Shown here one piece after another: positions 28,212-37,426 of a stretch of DNA of 64,000 bases. The notes under the pieces were generated by a model, which saw nothing but the letters and a program-made list of their open reading frames with translations, had not been told where the DNA came from and searched no databases. The stretch is from the IMG/VR virus record IMGVR_UViG_3300032323_003315. The stretch is one strand, 5' to 3'. This stretch comes from an uncultured virus (IMG/VR IMGVR_UViG_3300032323_003315) (Duplodnaviria > Heunggongvirae > Uroviricota > Caudoviricetes). The position numbers and the translations under genes are program-made. Within the stretch, counting starts at the first letter, position 1; every line of letters begins with the position of its first letter.

Positions 28212-28712
28212 TTATATCTTAAATCCTGTTAAAGTTTTGGTCAGTTCTTTGGCTCTCTGTTGGTTTTCAAGATACTTTAGCAATCTTTGTCTTGGAGAAG
28301 CACCTATTCTCATAGTGCCGATATAGTAATCTACGTTTGCAGGGCTTACTTTTCCTTTACCTAACTTTTTCAAATTAGGGTATCCGTTTGAGTAGGCTTT
28401 TTCCTTGTCATATTCACATAGAATATCACAGAACCAATAGTCAAGCATGCCATTGGTTTGCTTTCCCGCATCGCCATCTACGCCACATTGTTCGCCATCA
28501 GCATACAAAAGCCCTTGCAGGGTTTTTACTTTGTCTGAATAAGCGGGTGTCGGAGGTGTAGTACCACCCGAACCGTTATCTTTTTTTTCGTCGGTTGGCG
28601 TTTCATCTATGCCACCTTCACGCTTTGCATCAGCGCGTCTTTTTGCACCCAAGGCCAATGCTGTACCAAGCAGACCAAAAGAGGCTAATGTTATGATTAG
28701 TTTTTTATTCAT
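28212..28712 (-). CDS. N-anchored protein with peptidoglycan-binding-like motif
   Basis: VKTLQGLL...GVDGDAGKQT. Confidence 0.6.
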   Translation of the reverse strand: MNKKLIITLASFGLLGTALALGAKRRADAKREGGIDETPTDEKKDNGSGGTTPPTPAYSDKVKTLQGLLYADGEQCGVDGDAGKQTNGMLDYWFCDILCEYDKEKAYSNGYPNLKKLGKGKVSPANVDYYIGTMRIGASPRQRLLKYLENQQRAKELTKTLTGFKI

Positions 28713-28722
28713 TTCTTATTTG

Positions 28723-29046
28723 TTATACCCATAAAACCTGTTTAGGCGTTTGCCCTTTTATTTCTCCCGCATAGATACGTTGTTTTTCATCTTTAACCAA
28801 CTTATCTAATTGTTTCTCTTCCTCTACCTTAAGGTTATCTATTACCTTATTCATTACAAGGTCAATAATTACCCCTGTCAAAAAACCTATCGCAACCACT
28901 TGCAACAAGGCTTTACCTTCGGGAAAATGTATTTTAAACTTTTTTCCCTTGCTTGCAGCAATAGAATACATAGCTACGTCGCCAACAAAACCTATCAGCG
29001 TGGATGTTCCTATAATTACGGCTTGATTTCTTTGTTGTGGTGTCAT
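28723..29046 (-). CDS. Two-TM membrane protein
   Basis: Two hydrophobic segments. Confidence 0.65.
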   Translation of the reverse strand: MTPQQRNQAVIIGTSTLIGFVGDVAMYSIAASKGKKFKIHFPEGKALLQVVAIGFLTGVIIDLVMNKVIDNLKVEEEKQLDKLVKDEKQRIYAGEIKGQTPKQVLWV

Positions 29047-29282
29047 GATGCTTTGTAAGTTCCCTTGTTTCTGCGATAGAACGGACGGCTTTTTACTGTA
29101 ATTCCCACGGGGTCTTTAAAGTATTGTCCAAATGGGTAATTGTTTTCAGCAAGCAGTATCTCGTTGTTGCCGCTAAAATTGGTGTTTTCGTCTTCGTTTT
29201 TCCTTATGGTTCGCCATATTCTGTAACCGCCATATAGCAATGCAAGACCAACTACTCCTTGTATGATAGCTTTTGTTTTCAT
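29043..29282 (-). CDS. Small N-anchored membrane protein
   Basis: IIQGVVGLALLYGGY. Confidence 0.65.
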   Translation of the reverse strand: MKTKAIIQGVVGLALLYGGYRIWRTIRKNEDENTNFSGNNEILLAENNYPFGQYFKDPVGITVKSRPFYRRNKGTYKAS

Positions 29283-29509
29283 TTTTTGGTTAAATCATTA
29301 AGTGTCAAACAACCTTTGCCGCTTGCATTAGGAAAATCTTTTTCGTTCACTTCAAGCATCATATAAGGGTCGGGATTAACGCCATCTGCGCTTGCTGTAC
29401 CCTCGCCTGTTTTGGCTTTTTTCTTAAACCAATCAAAATCGCTTGTCATAAACAACCCTACACCGAGCAGGATTGCGCTTGAAATTATTACTTTTTGTGC
29501 CGTTGTCAT
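29279..29509 (-). CDS. Small N-anchored membrane protein with FPNASG motif
   Basis: TM plus motif. Confidence 0.65.
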   Translation of the reverse strand: MTTAQKVIISSAILLGVGLFMTSDFDWFKKKAKTGEGTASADGVNPDPYMMLEVNEKDFPNASGKGCLTLNDLTKK

Positions 29510-29829
29510 TTCAGTTTTATTTTTTTAGCAGGACTAACATCAAATTTGCTGTACTTTTTGAATGTTGGATAGTTTTTCATGCGCTCACGGCTTGTTAAAT
29601 CAGCCAAGTGTAAGTGGGGATTTGTAGTTACGTTGTTATCACCCTCAATTTCAAAAAAATTATCATCACCCACCCATGAATTAAACCCATGGTCGGTGTT
29701 GGCTTCAATTTTTAGTGCTTTTGCCGCCTCTGCCTTTTTGATGCGTTTTTTAATATACTCAACAACAAGAGGCGCAGCAACGCCTACCGTCAAACCTGTA
29801 ATAAGAATTTTGATTGCAGCCTTATTCAT
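29506..29829 (-). CDS. Small N-anchored membrane protein
   Basis: ILITGLTVGVAAPLVV. Confidence 0.65.
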   Translation of the reverse strand: MNKAAIKILITGLTVGVAAPLVVEYIKKRIKKAEAAKALKIEANTDHGFNSWVGDDNFFEIEGDNNVTTNPHLHLADLTSRERMKNYPTFKKYSKFDVSPAKKIKLK

Positions 29830-29832
29830 AGC

Positions 29833-30177
29833 TTACTTCTTTTTAAATAGAATTGCTTTTTTAGCATTACCGCTTGCGTTTGCAAAGTTTGGCTCGTCAG
29901 TAGCCACAGGGATTTGATGCCCCGAAGCATTGGCAAACTCAATCGGCTTGCTTCCACCAAGCATCATAAATTCGTCGCTTGCGGTAAAGCCCATAAAGCC
30001 CTCGTCAACGTAATTAGAATACGCATCCATGCCCATAGCCGCCGATGCGGCTTTAGCTTCTTCCTCGCGCTTCATTTCTGCGCTTTCATGTTTTAGCCAT
30101 TTGGCTATCTTGGGCAACAAATAAACGGCTGCTGCGCCGCCTGCTACCAATAAAATTGTTTTTGTATTTTTTGTCAT
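29833..30177 (-). CDS. N-anchored membrane protein with two FANASG motifs
   Basis: TM plus IEFANASG and PNFANASG. Confidence 0.7.
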   Translation of the reverse strand: MTKNTKTILLVAGGAAAVYLLPKIAKWLKHESAEMKREEEAKAASAAMGMDAYSNYVDEGFMGFTASDEFMMLGGSKPIEFANASGHQIPVATDEPNFANASGNAKKAILFKKK

Positions 30178-30181
30178 TGTA

Positions 30182-30535
30182 TTATTTTTTCTTGTACATT
30201 AAAGCAAAACTGATTAAACCAATTACAGCTATTCCAAGCACAATGTATTTTACACTTGTGTCTTTTTTGGGTGTATTAACAATGCCTTGTGTTGTTGTTG
30301 GAGAGCTTGGAGGGAAAAAAATGCCACTACTTGTATATTGCCAATAGCCATTAGGTATTTTTACGGTTATCCTCGCTCCGCTATCTAATCCCGTGTTGTT
30401 TGGGGCTAATTTAAAAGCATCTACATAGTTGCCTCCAAGCGGAACAGTTACCTCATAAACTTCACCCACCTTAAAATTGTGTGTAACGCCATTTTGAGTA
30501 GTCGTATAATCCCGTGTTATCTGTACTAATGTCAT
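30182..30535 (-). CDS. C-anchored membrane protein
   Basis: Ends YIVLGIAVIGLISFALMYKKK. Confidence 0.7.
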   Translation of the reverse strand: MTLVQITRDYTTTQNGVTHNFKVGEVYEVTVPLGGNYVDAFKLAPNNTGLDSGARITVKIPNGYWQYTSSGIFFPPSSPTTTQGIVNTPKKDTSVKYIVLGIAVIGLISFALMYKKK

Positions 30536-30536
30536 T

Positions 30537-30767
30537 TTATACTTCGCTTTCCATTAAAATATAATTGATACCACCGCCAACAAGCGTGCCTATTAGGGCG
30601 TAAACGTAAAGATTTTGTTTATAGTACCAACCCACCATTAGGCCACCCACCAAGCCAACAAAAGAACCTTTTGCAGTTTTGGTCAGTTTTTTAACGTATT
30701 GTTCTTTTGGGTCGGAACTTTTGATGTTCCTTACGTTATCTATCGCGTTGGCGAAAATGTTTTCCAT
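30537..30767 (-). CDS. Two-TM glycine-zipper membrane protein
   Basis: GSFVGLVGGLMVG...GTLVGGGI; N-terminal FANAID. Confidence 0.7.
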   Translation of the reverse strand: MENIFANAIDNVRNIKSSDPKEQYVKKLTKTAKGSFVGLVGGLMVGWYYKQNLYVYALIGTLVGGGINYILMESEV

Positions 30768-30769
30768 TA

Positions 30770-31435
30770 TTATGCTTTACCGCTTTTGTTTACGATTACC
30801 AATAATCCACCGATAAGAGCCAAAGCACCAACAGAAATAAGAACGATAGTTCCTACGCCCATGCCTTCTTTTTTATCTTCGGATTTTTGGTCGCTGCCTC
30901 CACCTACGGGAGCAGGCACGCCTCCACCTACGGTTGCGCTATTAAGCAAGCTATCTTGTCCTACTGTGCCACCTGTTTTCTTGTAAGCCCACACACCAAG
31001 CCCTGTATTAATAAGGTTCTTGATGCTATCGTTTGAAAGAATTTGCCCTACGCGGGTTTCGTCAAAAGATTTTTGGGTGTTAGTAGTGGTGCTTGAAGTA
31101 CCTCTAACATTAACACCGCCCCTTGGCTTTAACAAATCGTCGCTTGTGGTTGTAATACCTCTGCCCGTTAAACTCATGTAATCGTTACCCGACATTGCTA
31201 ATTCGCCTGCGGTCATATTCTTTGCTATATCAGTAGCAAGCACGGAGAAATCATTTCTGAAACCACGGCTGCGTGGAACTAATGAAATAAACGCTTTATT
31301 GATTTTATCATCACTATCGCTTACGTTCACATCCATGCCATACTTTTTAAGCAGGGCAACAACTTCGGGCTTCTTGGCTTTTATCGTCTTTTCAGAGATA
31401 ATTGCGATGCTTTTTTTGCTTATTTTTCTTTTCAT
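30770..31435 (-). CDS. C-anchored membrane protein
   Basis: Ends GTIVLISVGALALIGGLLVIVNKSGKA. Confidence 0.7.
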   Translation of the reverse strand: MKRKISKKSIAIISEKTIKAKKPEVVALLKKYGMDVNVSDSDDKINKAFISLVPRSRGFRNDFSVLATDIAKNMTAGELAMSGNDYMSLTGRGITTTSDDLLKPRGGVNVRGTSSTTTNTQKSFDETRVGQILSNDSIKNLINTGLGVWAYKKTGGTVGQDSLLNSATVGGGVPAPVGGGSDQKSEDKKEGMGVGTIVLISVGALALIGGLLVIVNKSGKA

Positions 31436-31436
31436 A

Positions 31437-31805
31437 TTAATTTTTGATGATTAACGAACCCAAAATCAAAACCGTAGATACTATAAGGAATGTTTTTGTA
31501 AGTTCAGACTGCTTTTGTGCTTCGGTAATAGTACCTGCGGCATTGTAAAAATGTGCATCCATATTGCTATGGCCATCCTTACACTTGCAATCTTCTTTCT
31601 TTTCCTCCTTTTGATAGCACTCCAAAATCAAATCCTTGTCGGGGTGTATATCTACAATAGAACGTAAAGCGGGTTCTCCCTCTGCGCTTACGAGCATACG
31701 CAACGCATTAGGCAGGTTGTTTGTACGAATTTCGTATCCGTAACTTTTTATTACGTTCCTCGCCCCTTGTGGGTTGGCTAACGCTACTCTTTGGTATAAA
31801 TTCAT
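31437..31805 (-). CDS. C-anchored membrane protein with FYNAAG motif
   Basis: HPDKDLIL, FYNAAG, terminal TM. Confidence 0.7.
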   Translation of the reverse strand: MNLYQRVALANPQGARNVIKSYGYEIRTNNLPNALRMLVSAEGEPALRSIVDIHPDKDLILECYQKEEKKEDCKCKDGHSNMDAHFYNAAGTITEAQKQSELTKTFLIVSTVLILGSLIIKN

Positions 31806-31822
31806 TGTTTTATTGGGTTAAT

Positions 31823-31860
31823 TAAAAAAAAAGGGCGGGGCAAATAGCCCGCCCCTTTTT
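31823..31860 (-). terminator. Strong Rho-independent terminator after candidate capsid gene
   Basis: Perfect stem AAAAAGGGCGGGGC / GCCCCGCCCTTTTT with long U tract on the minus strand. Confidence 0.9.
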
Positions 31861-31879
31861 GTTATCGTAAGAATGGCGA

Positions 31880-32581
31880 TTAGCCGATTACTTTTACGCT
31901 TTGAGCCTTTACAATGCCTGGGCTTCCGAACTCGCGGCTAACAGGACGACCTGCCAATCCACGGGCAAGGTTGATGTTGTCAGCAGGGTAGAAGTACAGT
32001 TTCACGGTAGCGTTGGCCAAAACTGAAGCGATAATCAGTTTGGTGTAACCATCAATCCTGTAACCATATTTCATGGCGATGATTGTTGATTGGAACTGAT
32101 ATGGGTCAACAGTAGGCACAAACACTTTCTGCGCGATGTTACCATTGGCATCTTTAGTGTTTACGCTGATTGTTTCAAGCACTTGGTTAGCAGTAGCACT
32201 CTGAATGTAGGTCAGTCCTGTGCTGTAAGGGCTAATCATGAACTGATACAGCATTTGCTGATAAGTTACGTTAGGGATAGCACTTGAAATGGTGATTGAA
32301 CCAATGGTCAAAGAACCACTTGAGAAACCTGCGTTGTTCAAGTATTCGTAAGAACCCAATACTTCAAAGTTGTTTACAGCAGCACCTGTGTTGGTGATGG
32401 TGATGATGTAAGGCTGTGAGGTAGGAGCAGAAGGTGCGCCCATTGAGGGAGAACCGCCTTCAGCGTTGAAAAAATCTTCGCCTGCGGTGAATGACAAATC
32501 GTCGTCAAAGAAACCGTCAGCGTTAGCGAAACTTTCGTGAGCGCGATTTTGCGCGTCGGAGAGATAATTCTTGATATTCAT
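31880..32581 (-). CDS. Candidate major capsid protein (single jelly-roll-like)
   Basis: Beta-rich core, no TM, near the packaging ATPase, strong terminator, C-ending codon bias (AAC/TTC/ATC/TAC) suggesting high expression; fold is inferred. Confidence 0.65.
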   Translation of the reverse strand: MNIKNYLSDAQNRAHESFANADGFFDDDLSFTAGEDFFNAEGGSPSMGAPSAPTSQPYIITITNTGAAVNNFEVLGSYEYLNNAGFSSGSLTIGSITISSAIPNVTYQQMLYQFMISPYSTGLTYIQSATANQVLETISVNTKDANGNIAQKVFVPTVDPYQFQSTIIAMKYGYRIDGYTKLIIASVLANATVKLYFYPADNINLARGLAGRPVSREFGSPGIVKAQSVKVIG

Positions 32582-32617
32582 TTTCTTGTTGTGTTAATTG
32601 TTATTGTTTTTTTGTTT

Positions 32618-32743
32618 TTACGCTTCCTTTGGTTTGAGCAGTTTACTCTTGTCCAACATGCGTTGAACTTGATTGGCTACTAAAACGCCCGCAGTAATAA
32701 TGGCTACTTGCCCAATTATTGCTTTAACTTGTTCCCAATTCAT
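32618..32743 (-). CDS. 41-aa membrane peptide upstream of candidate capsid gene
   Basis: MNWEQVKAIIGQVAIITAGVLVANQV...; downstream of a -7 box. Confidence 0.65.
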   Translation of the reverse strand: MNWEQVKAIIGQVAIITAGVLVANQVQRMLDKSKLLKPKEA

Positions 32744-32782
32744 GCTATGTTCGCCAAGCAAATACAGATTTACATGACTTTT

Positions 32783-32790
32783 CAAAATTA
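32783..32790 (-). promoter_or_regulatory. -7 box TAATTTTG for the capsid operon
   Basis: caaaatta on + strand, intergenic. Confidence 0.55.
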
Positions 32791-32857
32791 TTTTTATATT
32801 TCTGCCAATAAAAACTATATGCCTTAATAGCAGCAACGCATAGGGTGTGCGATAAAT

Positions 32858-32882
32858 AAAAAAGCCCCATAAATAGGGCTTC
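32858..32882 (-). terminator. Terminator after packaging ATPase
   Basis: AAGCCC...GGGCTT stem with A tract on + strand (U tract on minus). Confidence 0.6.
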
Positions 32883-32904
32883 TTAAATGTGTTACTAATC
32901 GTGT

Positions 32905-33723
32905 TTATTTGGAAGTTGTGTAGTCGGTTAACAGCCGCTTTTTTACCATATTAACAGCCTCGTCAACAGTATATAGTGGTTTATTCTTATTGTTTCTCAT
33001 ACGCATGAACGGCGCAATCAGTTTTCTTTGGTTCATCATGACGTATTCATTCACTACTGCATCTAACTTTTTCTTATCTACAAAACCCATCATCTGCATT
33101 TCGTCAAGGTTCACATATTGGTAAAATCTTTTGTTTCCCGAATTATACTCATTGTTCACAAGCATCTCAACCAATTTCAAAAATTCATGCTTGTCCTCAA
33201 ACTTTTGAGCATGCCTGTCCACACTATCCAAGTTTTTATGAAAGCGCATCCAATTACAGTTCTGCCAAATCTTTGTGGTTATCCTACCAATAGACTGAAA
33301 GTGCATTACAATATCCAAATCAACGTGTCGGTTGGTACAAATCGCACCTTCAATATCTTTAGGCAGGTGGTCTGAAACGTATCTGTTAATATCCTCAATA
33401 AGCAATAGGCCGTTTCGGTATTGTTCCAATATAATAAAAAGCGTTTCAGCAATCTTATCCAAAGTCATGCGCCGTCCGTCGGGCATGAATGGCCTTATTC
33501 TCCTTGCTTCAATTTGAGGATGTACGCTGAACCTTACAATATCTTTGAGCGATATAGCTTTTATATGGGCGAACTCGTCGTTAACATCCAATATCAAAGC
33601 CCTACGTCCATATACGCCCTTCGCAGGGTTTCCTTGAACATAGTTCTGTATCATAAGGTTGGTGGTATAAGATTTACCAACACCCTTTTTACCTACCGCT
33701 ACACCTAATTGTGGCTCTCTCAT
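32905..33723 (-). CDS. A32/P9-like (FtsK-HerA superfamily) genome packaging ATPase
   Basis: N-terminal Walker A GKKGVGKS, ILDVNDEF, Walker B LLLIED, NRHVDLDIVMHFQS (RH...hhhhQ motif); 272 aa. Confidence 0.85.
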   Translation of the reverse strand: MREPQLGVAVGKKGVGKSYTTNLMIQNYVQGNPAKGVYGRRALILDVNDEFAHIKAISLKDIVRFSVHPQIEARRIRPFMPDGRRMTLDKIAETLFIILEQYRNGLLLIEDINRYVSDHLPKDIEGAICTNRHVDLDIVMHFQSIGRITTKIWQNCNWMRFHKNLDSVDRHAQKFEDKHEFLKLVEMLVNNEYNSGNKRFYQYVNLDEMQMMGFVDKKKLDAVVNEYVMMNQRKLIAPFMRMRNNKNKPLYTVDEAVNMVKKRLLTDYTTSK

Positions 33724-34793
33724 TTTCTCTTTCTTCTACCTTTTGGTGTCGTGCTTGATTTTGCTTCCTGTCTTGCTATCTGCTCCATGTGGGCTAAAAT
33801 ATCTGCATCAGCACCAAATTCGGGTACTGCGCTACTTTTTACTACTCTGCTTTTTCTTTTCTTAACAGCCGTAGTGTCGGGCTGCAAATCGTCTAATATT
33901 TCAACTTGGGTGTATTCGGGTTCTCTTTTCTTTGGTTTCTCACGAACTACCACCTCTTCGGGTTCGTAATATTCTGCCTGTGATGTTGGCTGTGGCGTTG
34001 GTTCGGGTTCGGGTTCGGGCTTTGTTTTTCTCTCCGCTTGTTCTGCCGCTTGATTTACGGTTGCATGCCTCATTCCTGCGTTACCTTCGGACATTTCTTT
34101 CAGTTGGGCTATCAGTTGTGAATTTTGGCTTCTCAAAGCAAATATTTGCGCTCCCGTAGTAATAATATCCATACCAAAGTAATACGCAAGTAATTGCTCG
34201 TCTGTCATGCCAATGCCGCGTTTCATCAATACGCGCAACAATACAGGACTTACCTTTTCCTTAAACTCCTCCGACATTCCAATAGTGTCGGCGGTTTCGG
34301 AATTGTACATTTCCACATACTGCATCAAAGGCACGTTTTGTCCGCCACCAATCGGTATAGCTATGTTGCCATCAATCTCTCCGTCATTGATAGCTTTTTT
34401 GATTTTACTTGGGTTAAGTTTAATCAGATTGTTTGACCATTTCTTTACCCCGCCGTAAGCGTCAAGTATCGCATCCACCATGGCTTTTGAGGCCATTTTC
34501 TGCTCCTTTTTGTCAAGGTTCTCCACATACGGGTTTGCGCTGCTTGTTTCGCTTTCTGCTCCCCATACTGTACGAGGGTCTGCGCTACCGCTTGGGTCTT
34601 CCTCTCCAAGTTGGCTTCTAAAGTTGTTGTCCAAATCCTCAAAAGAGGGCGTTGCAATTACAGGCTCATCAATAGGGCTAATATCCTCTATTTGAACTTT
34701 GGGGCGTGTATAATCACGCTGTACCACGTTTTCCTCAAGCGGGCTAAATGCGCTTGTAAAACCTGTTTCGTTGTTTATGTTTTCGTTTTCCAT
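33720..34793 (-). CDS. Acidic protein coupled to the ATPase (packaging accessory candidate)
   Basis: ATGA overlap with the ATPase; one weakly hydrophobic segment; basic tail. Confidence 0.6.
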   Translation of the reverse strand: MENENINNETGFTSAFSPLEENVVQRDYTRPKVQIEDISPIDEPVIATPSFEDLDNNFRSQLGEEDPSGSADPRTVWGAESETSSANPYVENLDKKEQKMASKAMVDAILDAYGGVKKWSNNLIKLNPSKIKKAINDGEIDGNIAIPIGGGQNVPLMQYVEMYNSETADTIGMSEEFKEKVSPVLLRVLMKRGIGMTDEQLLAYYFGMDIITTGAQIFALRSQNSQLIAQLKEMSEGNAGMRHATVNQAAEQAERKTKPEPEPEPTPQPTSQAEYYEPEEVVVREKPKKREPEYTQVEILDDLQPDTTAVKKRKSRVVKSSAVPEFGADADILAHMEQIARQEAKSSTTPKGRRKRK

Positions 34794-35248
34794 TAGTCGG
34801 GTTGTTCCTTTTTGATTACTAACATTTTTTCTCTGCAAAGATTATACTTTCCAATAATCATTTGGTCAAATCGGTTATCGCCTTTCAGCAATTTGCGTTC
34901 CATATCGTTTTTTATCCTTGAAAGATAGCTTCTATCCTTGTTTAAGTGCCGCCCTATTTCGGCAACCGTATATCCAAGTTGGCTTGTGCTTATGTATATC
35001 AATATGCCAAACGCATATTTGCGAGGATATTTCTTTTGTGTTCCATTCAGCAAATCGCTTTTGCTCATTTCAAAAACAGTACACACGGCTTTAACGCAAT
35101 CTTGAAATCTGTCATAATCTTGATGCTTGTTTTGCCTGCTATTGTTTAAAGCGGTTATGGTATTAGCGTAGCCAATATCATCTACCGTGTGCGCAAGCGC
35201 ATTAAACAATTTATACAATAGTCTGTGCGTGTTCGTCTTTTTGGTCAT
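34793..35248 (-). CDS. DnaA domain IV/TrpR-like HTH DNA-binding protein
   Basis: VCTVFEMSKSDLL...R...YI...LGYTVAEIGRHLNKDRSYL. Confidence 0.65.
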   Translation of the reverse strand: MTKKTNTHRLLYKLFNALAHTVDDIGYANTITALNNSRQNKHQDYDRFQDCVKAVCTVFEMSKSDLLNGTQKKYPRKYAFGILIYISTSQLGYTVAEIGRHLNKDRSYLSRIKNDMERKLLKGDNRFDQMIIGKYNLCREKMLVIKKEQPD

Positions 35249-35642
35249 TGTCGTTGTTGTTCAAAATAATTACAGAACCCTCTTCACCCCAAACCTTTTT
35301 CATACCACCATAGGTATGCACAAAGCTGTCGTTTTCGCAAAGAGCGTCCTTAAATGCTTTTATCAGATTGTCTAAATCGGGCTTGCTTGTGTGAGGTTCT
35401 CCGCACATGCGTTCTCTCTTTTTGCCCGACCACGATTTAGGCATTGACATGACAAAAATAAGGGAAAGGGGCGTTGTTACAAAATATCTATCCCGAAGCG
35501 CAAAAGTTTTTAACGCATCAGCATATTGGCGGTAAGCCGATACAGGTTTGCGTGGTGGTTTTAGCCATACATCGCGTCTTGTCATACGCGGTTTGGCCAC
35601 AGGTTCAATCTCCCATTTTAAATATTGTATTTGGTCGTCCAT
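35211..35642 (-). CDS. rusA: RusA-like Holliday junction resolvase
   Basis: PVAKPR...MPKSWS.KKR...KPDLDNLIKAFKDAL..NDS. Confidence 0.85.
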   Translation of the reverse strand: MDDQIQYLKWEIEPVAKPRMTRRDVWLKPPRKPVSAYRQYADALKTFALRDRYFVTTPLSLIFVMSMPKSWSGKKRERMCGEPHTSKPDLDNLIKAFKDALCENDSFVHTYGGMKKVWGEEGSVIILNNNDNDQKDEHAQTIV

Positions 35643-36268
35643 TCTTTACTTGTGGTCAAAATTTGTGCAAAGGTTTTGGCGTTGTCAATATCGCTTGGAT
35701 AGTGTACGCCATAAAATAGTCGCTGTTCGTTTACATCAAGCACCAATTTATTCATGTCGTTATGTACTTTGGGGTTTATGCTTGATATTGTGTTTGCTAT
35801 AATCTGCGCTTGAAAACTATGCCCCGAAGGAAACGAAGGGCTTAATGCGCTTGAAGTTATTATAGGGAATACAGATTGTTTAAATTCGTAGGCAAGTTGA
35901 TATGGCCTTGGTCTTTGATATTTGTATTTCAGTTTAAGCAACAGGGGTTTTGTACTTTCCATGATGTCTTCTACCAAATCTGTAATATCCCACCGCCATA
36001 AATTATAAACGTAATTTATAATAGACTTGTCTAATTCGCTATCGTACTTGGAATACCTTTTTTTAACCGCTTCGGGTAGGTAGTTGTATTCCTTTTGATA
36101 TTCTACGAGGGCTTTTAATTCGTCTTGAGTGAGCGTAGATACGTTGCTTGGGCATGTTATTTGGAACATTTCGGGCAACAGACTATCGTACTCGCTTTTT
36201 TTCTGCAAGTATTCTAATTGGTCGCGGGTAGGGTTTCCGTAAATAATCTCCTCAAGAGAGTGTTTCAT
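35618..36268 (-). CDS. PAP2/haloperoxidase-superfamily phosphatase
   Basis: KYKYQRPRP, PSFPSGHS, QRLFYGVHYPSD: all three motifs present. Confidence 0.85.
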   Translation of the reverse strand: MKHSLEEIIYGNPTRDQLEYLQKKSEYDSLLPEMFQITCPSNVSTLTQDELKALVEYQKEYNYLPEAVKKRYSKYDSELDKSIINYVYNLWRWDITDLVEDIMESTKPLLLKLKYKYQRPRPYQLAYEFKQSVFPIITSSALSPSFPSGHSFQAQIIANTISSINPKVHNDMNKLVLDVNEQRLFYGVHYPSDIDNAKTFAQILTTSKEWTTKYNI

Positions 36269-36578
36269 ACTTGTCTTTTCTCAATGCGCGTACATTGGTT
36301 TCAAGTTCTTTTATCTTCTTGTCGGTGTTTTTGTTTTCAGCACCTAACAAACTGATAGATTTCCTGTAAAATACAGCCTTGTAAACAAGGGCTATCATAG
36401 TTAAAGAAAATATCCCAATCGCCACCCATTGTATTTTATCGTTGTCCACCATGCCTCCGCTTTCCATCTTTGGTGTTTCTGCGGCTGCGGGCGCGGTTTC
36501 GGGTGCTGCGGGAGCAGCAGGTGTAGCAGGTGCGCTTGGTGTTGCGGTTGCTGCCGCTTCTATTGGAGCATTTGTCAT
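36252..36578 (-). CDS. Membrane protein with Ala/Pro leader and MESGGMV motif
   Basis: Low-complexity N-terminus, motif, TM, coiled coil. Confidence 0.7.
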   Translation of the reverse strand: MTNAPIEAAATATPSAPATPAAPAAPETAPAAAETPKMESGGMVDNDKIQWVAIGIFSLTMIALVYKAVFYRKSISLLGAENKNTDKKIKELETNVRALRKDKYETLS

Positions 36579-36579
36579 A

Positions 36580-36861
36580 TTATTTATTGTTTTGTAGTTC
36601 TTTGCGTACCAAAAGTTCAGATTTCATTGCACCATTCTCTTCTTTGAGTTTTTGGATTTCCACATAGGCTTGTCTTACTTCTAATTCAAGTGCCAAGATA
36701 CGCTCCTCTTGTCTTTTGCTCATTTGTTTCGTATCCCACATCAAATACCCTATTGCCAAAATACATATAAAGAGCATGCCCGTAACAGGGTTCTTTACGA
36801 ATTGGGTAAAGGTAATCGGGGCTGAAATCATATTTTCTTTAACTTCCTTGGTGGCTTCCAT
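36580..36861 (-). CDS. TM plus coiled-coil protein, paralog of 11744..11998
   Basis: PITFTQFVKNPVTGMLFICILAIGYL. Confidence 0.7.
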   Translation of the reverse strand: MEATKEVKENMISAPITFTQFVKNPVTGMLFICILAIGYLMWDTKQMSKRQEERILALELEVRQAYVEIQKLKEENGAMKSELLVRKELQNNK

Positions 36862-37426
36862 TTTCTAAAGCTAATTGTGTTTCTTCTGTTTTAGTTTTTG
36901 TTGGTCGTCCACGCCCTTTTTTTACGATTGCAGCATCTTCATTAGTTGTGTTGTTAGCCATGTTCAGAATTTCTTGCACCTCTTTGGGTATAGAAAGGGG
37001 CTGAAAATCATCTGTTCCTTCTACCTCGCCTACTTCCACCTGTGTTGGGAAATCACTTTCCTTTCTGTCCTCTATGACTGCGTTTGTTATGGCTTCATCA
37101 TCTTTTTTTTTTACGATTGCCTCCTCGTTCTCCAATGGTTCGGGAACAAAGTTGTTTAATTCGTCTTTGAGTGCTTTGTCGGCTTTACGCTTTTCCATGG
37201 CCTTTTTCTCATTGATAAAGAAATTAGCCCCGTTGTAAAGGATTGTGCAGATACCTACACCAATCAAAGACCATTTTACAAAAGCATTTAGATTTTTGCC
37301 CTTAATGCCTGCATAAATCATTACAGGCCCAACATAGATTACGTCCAATAATCTTACAGGTTGTGGGTCATAGAGGAAATACACTTGGTCTGCTTTGTGC
37401 AGGTTTTCATCTTCTTGGTTTGTCAT
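36839..37426 (-). CDS. Two-TM protein with acidic tail and AT-hook-like KGRGRP
   Basis: QPVRLLDVIYVGPVMIYAG...LIGVG.CTILYNG.NF. Confidence 0.7.
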   Translation of the reverse strand: MTNQEDENLHKADQVYFLYDPQPVRLLDVIYVGPVMIYAGIKGKNLNAFVKWSLIGVGICTILYNGANFFINEKKAMEKRKADKALKDELNNFVPEPLENEEAIVKKKDDEAITNAVIEDRKESDFPTQVEVGEVEGTDDFQPLSIPKEVQEILNMANNTTNEDAAIVKKGRGRPTKTKTEETQLALENGSHQGS

